Shown: positions 1-11,881, counted from the stretch's first letter. The stretch: 64,000 bases of DNA from Trypanosoma brucei (GCA_000002445.1 CM000207.1:1600001-1664000), one strand, 5' to 3'. The notes: a model not told the origin generated them from the letters alone. Program-made: numbers and translations.

Positions 1-700
1 GCAACCTTACGCTCCTCATCATCCTTTGCTTTTGCTCCCAACCATTCTGTCATGTCGGTTCCGCGCGCCTGTCCCTGTAGAATCCCACGCTGAAGCTCAA
101 CACGGCGAACTTCGTTGCGTGACTCCGCAACAGCGAGCGCACGGCGCTTCCAGAATTGCTCGTGGTAAATGTTAGCCTCCTGCTCAAGGCGAATGGGATC
201 CTTTTGACGTAACACTTCAATATCTGTTAACAAATCACGAGTGCGCTGGTCCAGTAGGTTCTCACCCAGTTGTGCTTGAATTACGGTTTGCAGCTTGGCC
301 ACGCGGTAACGGGCAATAACTTGTGTTCCAACAAATAAAAAGACAAATCCGACGAACCACTTGTGAAAGTCGGTAATAAACCAATACCACGAGGCAATGT
401 GATTTGTGGGGTGAATATAAACTGCTTTCGTGGTGTTACACAAAACTGTAATGTTGCGCCGCTTCGGCACCTCTTGAGTCTTACCGAGTGCATTTGAATT
501 CCATTGTTGTTCCTCCTTTTGCTGCTGTTGCTTCCCACCGAATGTTTTGTTTTCACCTGAAGTCTCGAAATCACCCTCTTCGCGAGCGCATGTCGCCTGC
601 CAGCGCTGTGATGACGCAACTACAGGCACATGCAACGCCGCGTTCGTATAAAAGAGAGTCAAACGAGACGTTATGGAGTGAAAAGCTGTTCGTTTCATAT
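1..700 (-). CDS. Partial gene whose 3' end lies beyond the window start. Hypothetical mitochondrial-type membrane protein: presequence-like N-terminus, one TM helix, coiled-coil C-terminal part.
   Basis: Manual translation of the minus strand gives an open frame from ATG (rc of 698-700) to position 1 with no stop: MKRTAFHSITSRLTLFYTNAAL... WYWFITDFHKWFVGFVFLFVG ... EVLRQKDPIRLEQEANIYHEQFWKRRALAVAESRNEVRRVELQRG.... It is absent from the ORF track because it runs off the edge. Listed ORFs 281..619(-) and 488..724(+) are alternate-frame shadows. Confidence 0.5.
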
Positions 701-888
701 GTTCTACGCCCCAATCGTTACTAAATATATATTTATTTATTCGAATCCTTGTGCCGTTTCCCTCTTTCAGCACCGCACGCGGCACGTTCTAAGTTGGTGA
801 GGAGCTAAAACAATGAGATAAAAGTGGACGCAGTGTGACACACATTGATTGAGTTTTTCTTTGTAATATAAAATTCCCCTTGCATGCC

Positions 889-916
889 TTATATATATAT
901 ATATATATATATATGC
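889..916. repeat. (TA)14 microsatellite
   Basis: tatatatatatatatatatatatatat directly visible. Similar (TA)n at 1737-1770, 36706-36734, 43598-43622, 46487-46507, 58774-58796. Confidence 0.95.
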
Positions 917-1725
917 TTACATACTACAGCATTCACTCGACTCAACACTTCTACACCAGCAATCCGGTGAGATGAATCACGTCCACAAACTCGTAAAACT
1001 ACGAAAGGCACTAAACACAAATATATACACGAAAAATAAAATAAAAAAGTGAGGAAAGTTAAAGTGGGGGAAAAGCGTGCAAAGCTTTCCCTAATGGCAT
1101 TTTGTACTTTTGAAAAAAAGCCTGCGGCGCCGGTAAATAATTTAAAGAAGGGGGAAAACGAGAGTGAAAAATACAAAAACAACAAGTCAATACGAAGCGT
1201 TTCTAGTCTTACTGAATGCAGCTCCTCTCCTTTTTTTCTCTACATTGCGAGTATCCGCTTTTTTTTAAAAAAAAAAGTACATTACATTTGGTTGTGAAAA
1301 GAGCCTCCCTCTTCTCCCCTCGAAAACATGGGGGAAAAACTTGGAAAACTAAACAAACAAAACTACAAAGATAGTGACGATTATAACAGTATGTAAAAAA
1401 AAAAGAAAGAAACTGAGCACGCTGATGGGGGCAGAGCAAATTCAGATAGTGTGGGCTCAATTTTTTTTTTTAAAAAAAGCGATCCCTTGACCCCTTTCCT
1501 CTTAGGTTTCTTCATCCCAATGATCATACGCACTTCCTTTCATCACGAACACGATTCACCGCCTCTCTCTGTACAAAAAATTAAAGGAAAAAATTGTCTG
1601 AATGCAACCTAATTTATTGCGTCCGATTATCTTTAGCATTACACTACCCCCAAACCTTGCAGCATATCGCAACTGGACAATGGGCAAACGCACGTACATA
1701 CGTAACTTCAAACACGTACACGCGC

Positions 1726-1758
<33 letters not shown>

Positions 1759-2420
1759 TATGCGTCTTCACAAAGAGTGATAAGATAAAATAAAAAAAAT
1801 AAAACAAAATGGAAACAAAACGTACATTTTTACAATTCATTTATTGACCTATTTTACGAGCATATATTTAGCATAATCAAACTTCCCACCTTATTTCCCC
1901 CCCTTTCCCGCAAGTGCGCACTTAATCGCATCTGCAGACACCACATCCCACAAACTTCCCTTTTCCGCTTCTTTCTTTTTTTTTTTCACTCTTACCTTCA
2001 ACCTACTGTCACATGACCAAAAGTTACGTACTGATATAAGTCCCGTAAATTTACAATATTTCCTTTTTGAAGCCTGTTGTGTGTTGAAGCAGGTTTCGCA
2101 CAAGAAGATGGTGATAATCGTGAATGTTGACGGCTCCGTTTTCCTTTAAGGGGTGATAACGCGAATGACAACAACGGAGAAAGAAAGGGAGAGCACTGCG
2201 GAGTCATTTTTAAGAAAGTAAGTGATTGTATATTTTAAATTGATGGAAAGCAGGAATCAAAAAGAGGGGAAAGAGTCAAAAGGGGATAAACTTGAGGATC
2301 TGGAAAAGCATGAAATTTCTTCATACAAACAGTTGCATGTCATTTTTCCTTTTTTTTTTTTTATGGCGTTTCCGGCATCCCCCCCTCCCCCACACCCGCC
2401 TCGTGTAGCGGTAACAGCAA

Positions 2421-5400
2421 CTACCTCGAAGAATAAGAATAACCGCTGGTACCCGTCTGCAATCTTCTCAACGTGCCGCGTAAGGCGTTTATTTCCTCTA
2501 CTTTTGCCTGCAGGTCCCTGCGCAACTCATCAATTCCGCTCTTACGTTCGTGTCGGTTAGCATATATTTTTTCCATTTCGTAAAAGTTACATTCTTCTAG
2601 ACGCCTTGCAATCTCTTCCGTCGTTATAGATGGGTCATGCCTCAAGTCAAACGTCACATGAAGCTCAACACCATCATCGCGGTAGTCAACATCCAATACA
2701 TAATCCTCAGGTAAGTGGCAAGCAGCTGCTACGTCATGCACGATGGCGTTCACGAGAGCTTCCGGTGTGTTGGCCGCCACTAAACCCCAGTCGTCTCCAG
2801 GGAACTTTTTAGAGTGAAATGTCGTGTGTTGCGAACTTGTTGTCCGCGGGCGCCAGCGCTCGTCATGTAGCAATGCATCTTCCAGAGCATCAGCAGCAGT
2901 CTTCAGACACATTTCAAGCATCCTCGCCTCTGATGCGTGCATATCGCGGTCTGCCTCCAGAGTGGCTCGATTGGCCTTAAGTTGCTCTATATAAGTACAG
3001 AGAGCAGTGAAAACGCCACCAGAGTGGTCAACACCCTCTTCCTCTAACAAGTTAATCAACCACTGATCCTGTACTGTGTTCGCAGAGTTGAACGTTTCGG
3101 CCACTTCGGTAGTTTGTTGCTCATCGTCGCCATCCATGAAGTCCATACCAGACTTTTTACTGTTGGGCCTCCGCGCACCGTGAACATCTGCGTCCTTGTT
3201 GCCATCGGTTGCTCGCTTCAGTGCTTTTGTTAGTGCCTCCACTTCGGCTTGCAGTACTTGTACCTCCTCATCCAGCTCCGTGCGTTGATTGGTCACCTGC
3301 TCCAAGTCCAGGAGAAGGGTTTCCTCCTTTTTCTCCAACTCCCGACACTTTTGTTGCTCACGCGTGAGCAGCTCTTGGATTAGTTCACGGTCGTACATTG
3401 CCTCAACCAAACGATCTTTAATCAGAATTACATCGTTGTCACCCACGTCATCCACGACATTCTTCAAACGCTCTAAGGCGTGAGTTTGAGCATGAGCATC
3501 CCTCCTCGTGGTTATGCGAGATGTTCGATGCTCCGTGCACTCATCACTCCGCTCAGAAAAGAGGTGTGTGCTCGGTAGTCGCGAGGCGCCAAGTTCCATC
3601 ATCGCCTGCTCTACATCTAGTAAGCATGAGTGAAGGTCTTCCTTTTCAACGTATTGCTGGTGCTTCAAGGGTCCTTCCTGAGTCCGACTCAAGCACTCTC
3701 GAAGGATAGAAAGCGCCCTCTGTTGGCAACCCTCTAAGTTTGAGACTTCACGCTGGAGGGCAATGGTTTCCTTGACGTATTCCGCTTTTAATTCGTTTAG
3801 AGCCATATCATTTGAGCTTCGTGTCTCCCGCAGCTGCAACATGAACCGCTCCTGTATTTCTATTGTGCCGAGGCGCATACGGTTTACCTCTTCGTCCTGC
3901 AGTAGGCAAAGTATGCGGAAGTTCAGTCCACAACCCCGATTTACCCTCCTTTCGCTGTCTTCATCTGATCTACTCCTCACATGTTTCTTAAGACTCTTCG
4001 TCTCTTCCTCAGTCTTGCCCCACACATCCCGAAGTTCATCCTCCTTTTCTCTGAGATGGCCCTCCAGCTCATTGATGCGCTTCATAGCTCTCGACAGCTT
4101 CCTCTCGGAGTCGGCTGACTTCGAGGAAATGTTATTTGGGCGATCCCTGAGGCTGGTGGTGTCGCGGTGCATGATCTTCCAACGTTCGGCTGTAAACATC
4201 TGGTGAAGGTCGAAGAGTGATCCCAACTCCCGTGCAACCAGACGCAAACGCTCAATCGACTGATTGCAGAATATATGTGTTAAGCCAGTTGGTGCGGTAG
4301 AGACATAGGACTCAGTGACGTGTCGATCCCCAGCAACACGAGTTGCGACATTTGACCCGCGAGGAGTGCCCCGAAGCTGCTTCGACGCTGCACTCCGGAT
4401 TTGCGCAATACTATCCCGCTTAAGAATCATCTCCCTTGACTTCAAGGGGCCTGTAAGTGGTATCAGTTTGCAGAAGATAGACATTTGGAGTACCACTACT
4501 TTTTCGTCTGTGCGCACGAAGGATATTTCTCCTGATTCACTAAAGCTCCGAACAGTCATTTTAACACTGTCTTCACCATCTCTCCCCGAAAAGGGCCTCA
4601 CCCTCGTACTTGAGTTTCCACTCCGGAGCGAAGCAGAAAATTTGCTGCCCTGTGCGCCCATTGTGTCCGACAACTGGTCGTCGATCATCCGGAGGGAGGC
4701 ACGAGCCTTGTAGAGATAAACTTCGCTTGTCACCCACTTTTGAAGGAGCCCAGCGAGACGATTGTTGGCACTCACCACTGTGAAGTCAAAGAGGCGATCG
4801 CTCAAATATTTTTCATTTAGAGCATCAGCCAGTGCGTCATCCATGCGAACGGCATTTGGATCTGAGAGAAGGTCTGTAAATGCGCTAGAAGCCATGAACC
4901 GCTTCATCTGATCCCATTCATCGCTTTCAGATGAGGCCACCAGCTCAATGCACAAGAGTTCAAAAACTGCTCTCACTGCGCGCAACACAGCCTTTGGGGC
5001 CTCCTTCAGTCTCATCAACTCTTTCCACGATTCACGACTTATGTTTCGTATATCTTTCCTAATCCCCTCAACGATATTTTCTCTGCGCATAACATCATGC
5101 ACATACAATTCACGCGATATCCTCTCTCGTCTTTCCTGGGCTGTCTCCACCACCCTTTCCTCCCGCTCAGGCACATCATCCTTTGAATTCCAAACAACCT
5201 TCCAGCACAACAGTGATACGAGTCCGGGATCCGTTACAGCTGGGCTGCTGCCAACACCATCAGCGGTGGCACCATCGGAAACAACCGTGCCAATAGCCCA
5301 CATCCATTTCCCCTTGGAAACAAATTGGAAAGCCACAATACTACCCTCGGCGATATGTGTTTTTTCATCAACCGTCTCCACATAAACAGAGGTATACTCC

Positions 5401-5639
5401 TTTTTATCATCCGCCCGATGTCGACCGGGAACACGAGGTGAAACAATGCCGCGAGCTGCCCTTCGATCGGAACCACGAGGTGTAGCAGTCCCGGATAAAC
5501 CTTGAGACACTTCGAGGAGGCTCTCCTTATCCTTGCCACCACGTCGGCTCATCTCAATCAAGCGCTCGAATCTTTTGGTACGATTTCTCTTTCTTGCCTT
5601 TTTTTTTTCTTCTTCCCCCTTGTTTTTGTATTCCTTCAC
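2421..5639 (-). CDS. Large coiled-coil protein (1072 aa), conserved hypothetical. N-terminal globular region followed by long heptad-rich E/R/L/Q segments.
   Basis: Uninterrupted 3.2 kb ORF in the transcription-unit sense. Sequence typical of long coiled coils (LEQVTNQRTELDEEVQVLQAEVEALTKALK etc.). No catalytic motif recognised. Confidence 0.75.
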   Translation of the reverse strand: MKEYKNKGEEEKKKARKRNRTKRFERLIEMSRRGGKDKESLLEVSQGLSGTATPRGSDRRAARGIVSPRVPGRHRADDKKEYTSVYVETVDEKTHIAEGSIVAFQFVSKGKWMWAIGTVVSDGATADGVGSSPAVTDPGLVSLLCWKVVWNSKDDVPEREERVVETAQERRERISRELYVHDVMRRENIVEGIRKDIRNISRESWKELMRLKEAPKAVLRAVRAVFELLCIELVASSESDEWDQMKRFMASSAFTDLLSDPNAVRMDDALADALNEKYLSDRLFDFTVVSANNRLAGLLQKWVTSEVYLYKARASLRMIDDQLSDTMGAQGSKFSASLRSGNSSTRVRPFSGRDGEDSVKMTVRSFSESGEISFVRTDEKVVVLQMSIFCKLIPLTGPLKSREMILKRDSIAQIRSAASKQLRGTPRGSNVATRVAGDRHVTESYVSTAPTGLTHIFCNQSIERLRLVARELGSLFDLHQMFTAERWKIMHRDTTSLRDRPNNISSKSADSERKLSRAMKRINELEGHLREKEDELRDVWGKTEEETKSLKKHVRSRSDEDSERRVNRGCGLNFRILCLLQDEEVNRMRLGTIEIQERFMLQLRETRSSNDMALNELKAEYVKETIALQREVSNLEGCQQRALSILRECLSRTQEGPLKHQQYVEKEDLHSCLLDVEQAMMELGASRLPSTHLFSERSDECTEHRTSRITTRRDAHAQTHALERLKNVVDDVGDNDVILIKDRLVEAMYDRELIQELLTREQQKCRELEKKEETLLLDLEQVTNQRTELDEEVQVLQAEVEALTKALKRATDGNKDADVHGARRPNSKKSGMDFMDGDDEQQTTEVAETFNSANTVQDQWLINLLEEEGVDHSGGVFTALCTYIEQLKANRATLEADRDMHASEARMLEMCLKTAADALEDALLHDERWRPRTTSSQHTTFHSKKFPGDDWGLVAANTPEALVNAIVHDVAAACHLPEDYVLDVDYRDDGVELHVTFDLRHDPSITTEEIARRLEECNFYEMEKIYANRHERKSGIDELRRDLQAKVEEINALRGTLRRLQTGTSGYSYSSR

Positions 5640-6943
5640 TTAAAACTCCAGGGGGTTCCTATTACACGCTGAGATTTGCCTTTACTACGGTTTGAATGTT
5701 ATATCAAACTTTTCCGCACCCGGTTACACAAAACGCGTACGACGCGTCTCTCTGCAGGGTCATCATCAAGTAGGTAATGCACCAAAAGAAAGAATGTGGG
5801 TAGAAGAAGGGGGGAAGGCAAAAGAAGAGAAAGTAAATAAATAAAAAAGAGTGAAACAAAAAAAAAAAAAGAAAACTGAACCGTCGTTACCCACCAGTAT
5901 ATGGATAAACAAACATACTTTCCCCACACCATTGTTCACACATCCCCCTTTTCCATATCAAAGTAGACACGATTTGGTATCCAAGTTTGTCTGATTCTTT
6001 CCTCAAGTATTTTCCTCCATGAGGCTACACCAACCCCGTACAATGCACGCGACAGAGGTAGCGGTGTACATTTTCCCACAACTCTTGCATACGTAAGGTT
6101 TTAAATGTGTAGCAAAACCCCCGTTTTCATGGTGACATGCAACCCACCAACTTCCTGCACTGCTGTATGAACAACCTCCGGCGGCTCTTTTTATTTCCAC
6201 CTTAAAAACCTAAGGTCCAAATACCGTGGATTTCATTGTTCATCCCTGCCGCCGCTATAGTTCTAAGTGCATGCACATGACGCTCATCCACCAAAGGAAG
6301 AAGAGGAGGAAAAAATGTTTTGTTACACCCCATCATAAATTCCACCTTTACGCAGGAAACAGAGTTCATAGTCGAGCAGGGGGTGGCGAAAGAATAATAA
6401 CGCCTCAGAGCACTACGTTTCAATTAAAAAAAAAAAACGTAAGTCTCCCCACCATTCTTCTTTTTTTTTTTAATGTATTTCCTTGTTTTTTTTTCTGTCT
6501 TTGTGCCTGATCCCCCCACACTCTTTACAGCTTCACACCCAAAACCGAGGTCCCCGCCGACGCAGCGGAGGGACCGACGCCTGCTCTATCAAAGGTTCTA
6601 TGGATAAATCGACGTTGTGGCGACATGCAACTACAAAAAAAAGCTCCGACAGCAACGTCTTGCCGAATATATAAGATAAAATATGCAAACACATTCGTGT
6701 ATATATGTATGAAAAATGAATACAACGAGTAAGTGAAGGTTATCAACACACACATACATGCCGCACCGGTAACGGGAGACACGTGTAATAAGCACAACAT
6801 GAAGTGGAACTTCTCCACATCTGTAGACATACAATCAATTCTGCGCCCGGTTTTTGGCTCCAACAGCACGTGGACGGTAACAACAACAACAACAGGACTT
6901 GTTGGAATTATTCCTCTTCGCAAAGGTTTCGTCCATCATGTTA

Positions 6944-9124
6944 TTAGAAGTATGAGCTCCTCACATTGTCAATCGGAACATTATATTCATTTCTAACAGT
7001 GGGAGCGTCGTTTACACCAGTTTTGTGTGTATCGTCGCTGAAGAAACTTTTGGTGGCAAACGGTTGCATGGTGCTGCTCGACATCCCATTAGCCACCTTG
7101 GAGTCCAAAGGAGCCCGAGCCAGTTGCCCATTTGACCGTTTATGTTCCGCTTTGTTTTGCTCCGACAGCACTGCACTAACTGAACTTCCTGCCAACAATG
7201 TTGAGTTTGACGAGGTGCCGTTGGCCGTACCATTACCAAATGACTTCACTGATTGCTGTGCTTCGAACTGTTTTTCTACCTCGCCTAACCTGCCGTCAGG
7301 TTTGCGTTCCTCTCCATAGCCGCTAGGGCCCTTGGTGGCATTCATTGACAAAACTCCGTCGTTGTTTTCAACAATACCGCGTGATGCGTGGGCATTAAAT
7401 TGCCGATATGTTGTGCTCGCATTCTTGTTCAGCTCCTTATACACACCAAAGGAGGGAGGTGCATAATTACCATTAAACCCTGCCGCCATGGGGTCACCCG
7501 TACGGACATCATTACTACCGTTACTAAGGGAAGGAATTAAACCAGAGTTCCAACGCCTTCCACTAATACTCGTGCCGCGCTGGAGAGAAATGAGGGCATC
7601 GTTTGCGCACCTCAGCTCATTTGCTAGCTTACTGCGAGCGTCGTCTGTTTTCTCCAACTGATCTCGCAGTTCGGTAACCTTGCTTTGAAGCGCCTGGAGT
7701 TTTTCAGTGGAAGATGATAACTCACCCCTCAGTTGCATAATAGTGTTTTCCTTCTCTTGAATCAGACCATCCTGGCTATGAATCTGGCTTCGCATCATAC
7801 GACTCCTGGTCTTTAACGATTTAATGTTTTTTAGTTGTGTGGAGATGATATGATGCGCCTTCGATAATGAAGCCTCCTCCTTTGCTTTCTGCTCCGTCAA
7901 CTGCTCATTTTGTGACGCCAAGATACGGACGTAATTGTCCTGCTTTTTATATTGATCACGGAGCATCTTATGTTCCTTTTCTCTTGATTCAAGTACGTGC
8001 TCCAGACCCCGTAACCGCTCCTGCAGCTTGACGCAATTCAATTCATTCTCGGAGAGTGAACTGGTTGCTTGCGAGCGGAAAGCTTGAAGTTCACCGTTTG
8101 CGGATCGCAGTTCCTCCAGATCCTTCGCCTGGACCTTACGTGTATCTTCGCTAACGCGCAACTCTGACCGCATTTTGATGACTTCCGAATCCAACGATGC
8201 TATGCGTTTTCGTGCCTCGTTAAGCTCCATCTCCTTCACTTGCAATTCCTCCCGCAGCCGCTTTTGCGTCTCTTCCGCGCGTTGTGCTGTGTGCCGTAGA
8301 TCGGCTTCCAGTGTGGCGCGCAACTGAGACAGTTGACTGGCATGTTCTTCCCGTAGCTGACCAATACTTGTTAGTTGATTTCTTTTGCATTCACTCGTGG
8401 TCGAATCCAATCTATCACGTAAGGCAGTGGAGGTTTCCTCCAAGGTGGCCACTTCCCTTTTTAACGCTTCTATGTTTGCTGCAGCTTCTGTAGCTTCTTT
8501 ACGATGTTCCTCAATTGCTGTGGTGTAAGCGCGCTCAAAGTGGCGGAATCGTTCCGCAAGGTACCGTTTCTGACCACTATCACCCTGGCGCAGAAGTATC
8601 AGCGAAATATGCTCCACCGTCCGAAACTCCGTGCGCTCCAATACGCGAAGTGTTCCACGCGTCGTATCCCTGTTGTCCACAACAAACGACACAACGTACG
8701 GTACAATTCCACTGCAAACATTATCCAACATGGTTACGAGATATTTTGGGAAACCACTGAAGTCGACGAGTAGTTCCAACTTTTGTTTAAAGACTCCATA
8801 ATCATCCTCGAGTAGGTCCAGTTCAAAAAGGAAAAATGGGTCGCCAGGATCCGTTAGTCGCATGCACACACGCCGTGACAGTCCATTACTGCCACCTTTC
8901 CCAGTTTGAATGGAAACTCCCAAATCGCGGCAAACTTCCTCACGATCCTCCAATTTAGCATGTACCGGAAGCAGAACCTCCAGTAGAGCAGTTTTGTCGG
9001 AGCTGCAACCCGTCAACGTATGAGTCGGTTCATTAAGGGCAGAAAATTCTGGATTCAAACTACGGTTGGGGTCACGCCATGATGTCACGTCGCGTAGGGC
9101 ACTTGTGTCTACGCTACGACTCAT
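6944..9124 (-). CDS. SAS6: SAS-6 centriole/basal-body cartwheel protein: N-terminal head domain with PISA motif, coiled coil, S/N/G-rich disordered tail.
   Basis: N-terminal segment RLTDPGDPFFLFELDLLEDDYGVFKQKLELLVDFSGFPKYLVTMLDNV matches the conserved SAS-6 PISA motif (DPFFLY...LK..Q.L.VDF..FP). It is followed by ~300 aa of continuous heptad coiled coil and a low-complexity tail. Confidence 0.75.
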   Translation of the reverse strand: MSRSVDTSALRDVTSWRDPNRSLNPEFSALNEPTHTLTGCSSDKTALLEVLLPVHAKLEDREEVCRDLGVSIQTGKGGSNGLSRRVCMRLTDPGDPFFLFELDLLEDDYGVFKQKLELLVDFSGFPKYLVTMLDNVCSGIVPYVVSFVVDNRDTTRGTLRVLERTEFRTVEHISLILLRQGDSGQKRYLAERFRHFERAYTTAIEEHRKEATEAAANIEALKREVATLEETSTALRDRLDSTTSECKRNQLTSIGQLREEHASQLSQLRATLEADLRHTAQRAEETQKRLREELQVKEMELNEARKRIASLDSEVIKMRSELRVSEDTRKVQAKDLEELRSANGELQAFRSQATSSLSENELNCVKLQERLRGLEHVLESREKEHKMLRDQYKKQDNYVRILASQNEQLTEQKAKEEASLSKAHHIISTQLKNIKSLKTRSRMMRSQIHSQDGLIQEKENTIMQLRGELSSSTEKLQALQSKVTELRDQLEKTDDARSKLANELRCANDALISLQRGTSISGRRWNSGLIPSLSNGSNDVRTGDPMAAGFNGNYAPPSFGVYKELNKNASTTYRQFNAHASRGIVENNDGVLSMNATKGPSGYGEERKPDGRLGEVEKQFEAQQSVKSFGNGTANGTSSNSTLLAGSSVSAVLSEQNKAEHKRSNGQLARAPLDSKVANGMSSSTMQPFATKSFFSDDTHKTGVNDAPTVRNEYNVPIDNVRSSYF

Positions 9125-9404
9125 GTTAATAATAATGTGCTTATTTGACTAAATGACACACACACACACACAAAAATAAAATTAAAAAAATGAAGTCTGC
9201 GCCAACTAAGAACGGAGGAAAATATAATCCTACACGCCCTTGTGTACGCAAGGAGGGGTGGGACGGTAAGGGCCACGGTAAAGACGTTCTCTTCCCCTCC
9301 ACGGTTGTGGCAAAACTATATTTCAAATATTTTTTTTTAAAAAAAAGGAAGGAAAAATAGGAATTAGCAAATGAATTAGAAGTGCAGCAATGATATGAAT
9401 CATA

Positions 9405-9416
9405 GGGGGGGGGGGG
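9405..9416. repeat. G12 homopolymer
   Basis: catagggggggggggggaaac. Other C/G homopolymers of 9-11 nt at 47829-47838, 51981-51991, 53316-53325, 61151-61160, 61845-61858. Confidence 0.9.
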
Positions 9417-10110
9417 AAACAGAACCCTTTTCCACCCTTCTTACATCTTTTTTGTTTTTGTTGTTGTTGTTTTTTCATGGTATGAGGTGGGAGAAAGGTT
9501 ATATGTTTATTTATTTATTTTTGGCTTATAAGAAATGTTCTGGCAACACGATTTCAGATGGGGCCTGTCATTTGAAACTCGGCGTACTCGGACACAGCTG
9601 CAAGTGCGCTGTCATTATCGTCGTGCTTCGCTAAGATGAAAAATATTTCTTAATTCGTTTCATTACTTGTTATATTATCCTTCTCACACACGCCGCAGAT
9701 GCCTACAGTGCTCCAACATTCCCACAGTTAGAACACGGAATGGACAATAAAAAGGATAAATGCATACAAAAATTGAAGAGGGAAAATGCAGGTGGGGTGG
9801 AATGTGTTGCGTGAGGAAGCGGCCAAAAAAAAAAACAGAAAGAAGAATGGAGGAGGAGGAAAAGGATGTAAGAAGGGCTAAGGAGGTGATAAATTTACCA
9901 GCAAAGAACGAACAAATCAATTCAGTGATAATTTTCACTTTCTTCTTCCATCCATATTTTCCGCTTCCTCACGCAATACGCCCCACTCCACATTAAAACA
10001 TCACCTGCTTTTTCCAACCCCTTCGCCCCCTCCCCACCAAAAAAAAAAAACGAAAAAAAAGTGAGAACTTTAAACCTCGTCCTTCTGTTCCTCACTACAG
10101 ATGCATAAAA

Positions 10111-10150
10111 ACACAAACACAAACACAAACACGCAAACGCACACAGAGAC
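10111..10150. repeat. (CAAA/CA)n microsatellite
   Basis: acacaaacacaaacacaaacacgcaaacgcacacagagacat. Confidence 0.9.
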
Positions 10151-10601
10151 ATACATACGCATGTTTATAAGAATGATAATGTGTGCTACGTCTAAGAAGA
10201 TATGGCATGAATGTGACATCTAATCCTATAAGCGTGAACCAATAACCAAAAAAAAACACTCCATCAATATTCCTCTTCCTACTCCTCCGCGTAAACCCAA
10301 CAAAAAAAGGGTAGATCAAAAAATAATAATAATAATAATATGAGAAGTCGAATCTCGTGGCATACTTTAACTCTTCCTTCGATATATTCGTCAACCGATA
10401 AACACCAGAGTATCATAACATCATCATCCACATTCCGCCATCCAAAACCAGAACAAGAGCCCAAAATGTAAAAAAAATGTGAAAAATGCGAGAAAAATAT
10501 TTGATTTTTTTTTTTCTTCCCCCCCCCTCTCTCTCTCCTATTCGCCTTCTTCAAGTTCTTTCCCCAAACTTTCCCCCTTTCTATTTTTTTTTTCACAACT
10601 C

Positions 10602-11108
10602 TTAGTTGGAAGTACGGCTTTCATGTAAGAAACGGCGACGGAGTGCGGTGTCTCGCTGCTGCCTGGAGCTCGCTTCATTCAAACCTTCTTCACTAGCAAC
10701 CTCTTCAGCAGCTGAAAAGGCACTATGGCGACCCTTTTGAATGCGCTCGTTAAATGCCTTTCGTGCGGGAGCTCCAGATACCCGATCCGCCACATAATCT
10801 ATAGGCGTTTCGTAAAATGTGCCTTCACTCAGCACCATGGCTAAGTAAAAGAATATAATGGCATTGCGCGCAAGTGTCAGGTGTGATGACTTCACTTCCG
10901 GGTTCTGCCGCCACTTTCGGCGAAACCATGAAATAATGGGGAGTTGAAATGAGGTAGGCATCCAGTGTTCGGCTGTGTCGTGAAGCAAAACGGCAATGGG
11001 AATGCCCACAGCCACAGCGGTCACTACAGTCCGGCTGCGCACAAGCGGGATGTGAAAGTTTTCGGCGCAGTGCACCATAGAACTCACACTGTGTGCAAGG
11101 CTATCCAT
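10602..11108 (-). CDS. Small hypothetical membrane protein (168 aa, two predicted TM helices)
   Basis: ORF in the transcription-unit sense. Hydrophobic stretches VVTAVAVGIPIAVLL and AIIFFYLAMVL. No recognisable domain. Confidence 0.4.
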   Translation of the reverse strand: MDSLAHSVSSMVHCAENFHIPLVRSRTVVTAVAVGIPIAVLLHDTAEHWMPTSFQLPIISWFRRKWRQNPEVKSSHLTLARNAIIFFYLAMVLSEGTFYETPIDYVADRVSGAPARKAFNERIQKGRHSAFSAAEEVASEEGLNEASSRQQRDTALRRRFLHESRTSN

Positions 11109-11881
11109 ATTGCCTTATTTCTTTTGTATATTAATTTTATTTACCCCTTATTTTTCTTCTCTTCTTTTTTCAAAAAAAAAACCTTCAATAGCACGCACAC
11201 CACTGCAACTTCATTTAATCACAGAAAGAGATGGAGGAAGAAATAGATGTGCATAGTCGCATTTGCACGCGTGAGTAGTGAGACGTAAGCGCTAAACGCT
11301 TGGTATATTAACACCCTTCCACTGGTTAACTTTAAGTTGTCAAACATTAACGTAGCACGTCAATATACTTTCCCTCCTTGCTGGCCCTATGCACTCCCAC
11401 ACTCCCACTTCCCTTTCCTTTGCTTTTCTCTTCTTTTTCGCTCGTCTTACCGGACCTTTTGTTTCACTCCTCGTGTCACATTTTTCCTCTCAATTCTTAC
11501 ACTAAAGATTAGTTCCTAGACTTTTCCCCCCTCACGCTAACTGAGGTACTTCCTCTTTTTATCCCGAAAATGTTAAAGCAACAGTACACAAACACCTTTC
11601 AGCGAGTCATGTCCCTTCCAACTTCCCATAGCCACACTTACACGCATAAGCACCACAAAATTCCCTCATGAATGGTAAGTTGGTGTAGACACTTCAAGGT
11701 ATGGAAAATAGACATACAGAACAGAAAAAAATATATAATACGAGGACAGACACTAACAATGCACCGCTTTCTTACAAATGCATACAGTACTATTCTGTTC
11801 ACCACGTGTCGCAGACGGATTTAATAACGAAACACTAGGCACAAGCAGCCGCTCAACACCAAAAACCAAGGGGCAAAATTT

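Noticed and set aside
281-724. ORFs 281..619(-) and 488..724(+)
   Set aside because: Out-of-frame/antisense shadows of the edge-truncated minus-strand gene at 1-700. Their products are low-quality (R/S/P-rich) with no features.
3289-5385. Plus-strand ORFs antisense to the 1072-aa gene (e.g. 3763..4206, 4315..4713, 4948..5385) and similar antisense ORFs in PABP (49574..50008, 50043..50363), the GTPase (44496..45179, 45176..45568) and other large genes
   Set aside because: Typical antisense ORFs within long coding regions. They have S/R-rich composition, and every convincing gene in the window is on the minus strand.
9405-9416. G12 and several C9-C11 homopolymers as G-quadruplex/regulatory elements
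   Set aside because: Single isolated homopolymer runs without the repeated G-tract spacing needed for G4 formation. Such runs are common in trypanosomatid intergenic DNA and may also be assembly-prone sites.
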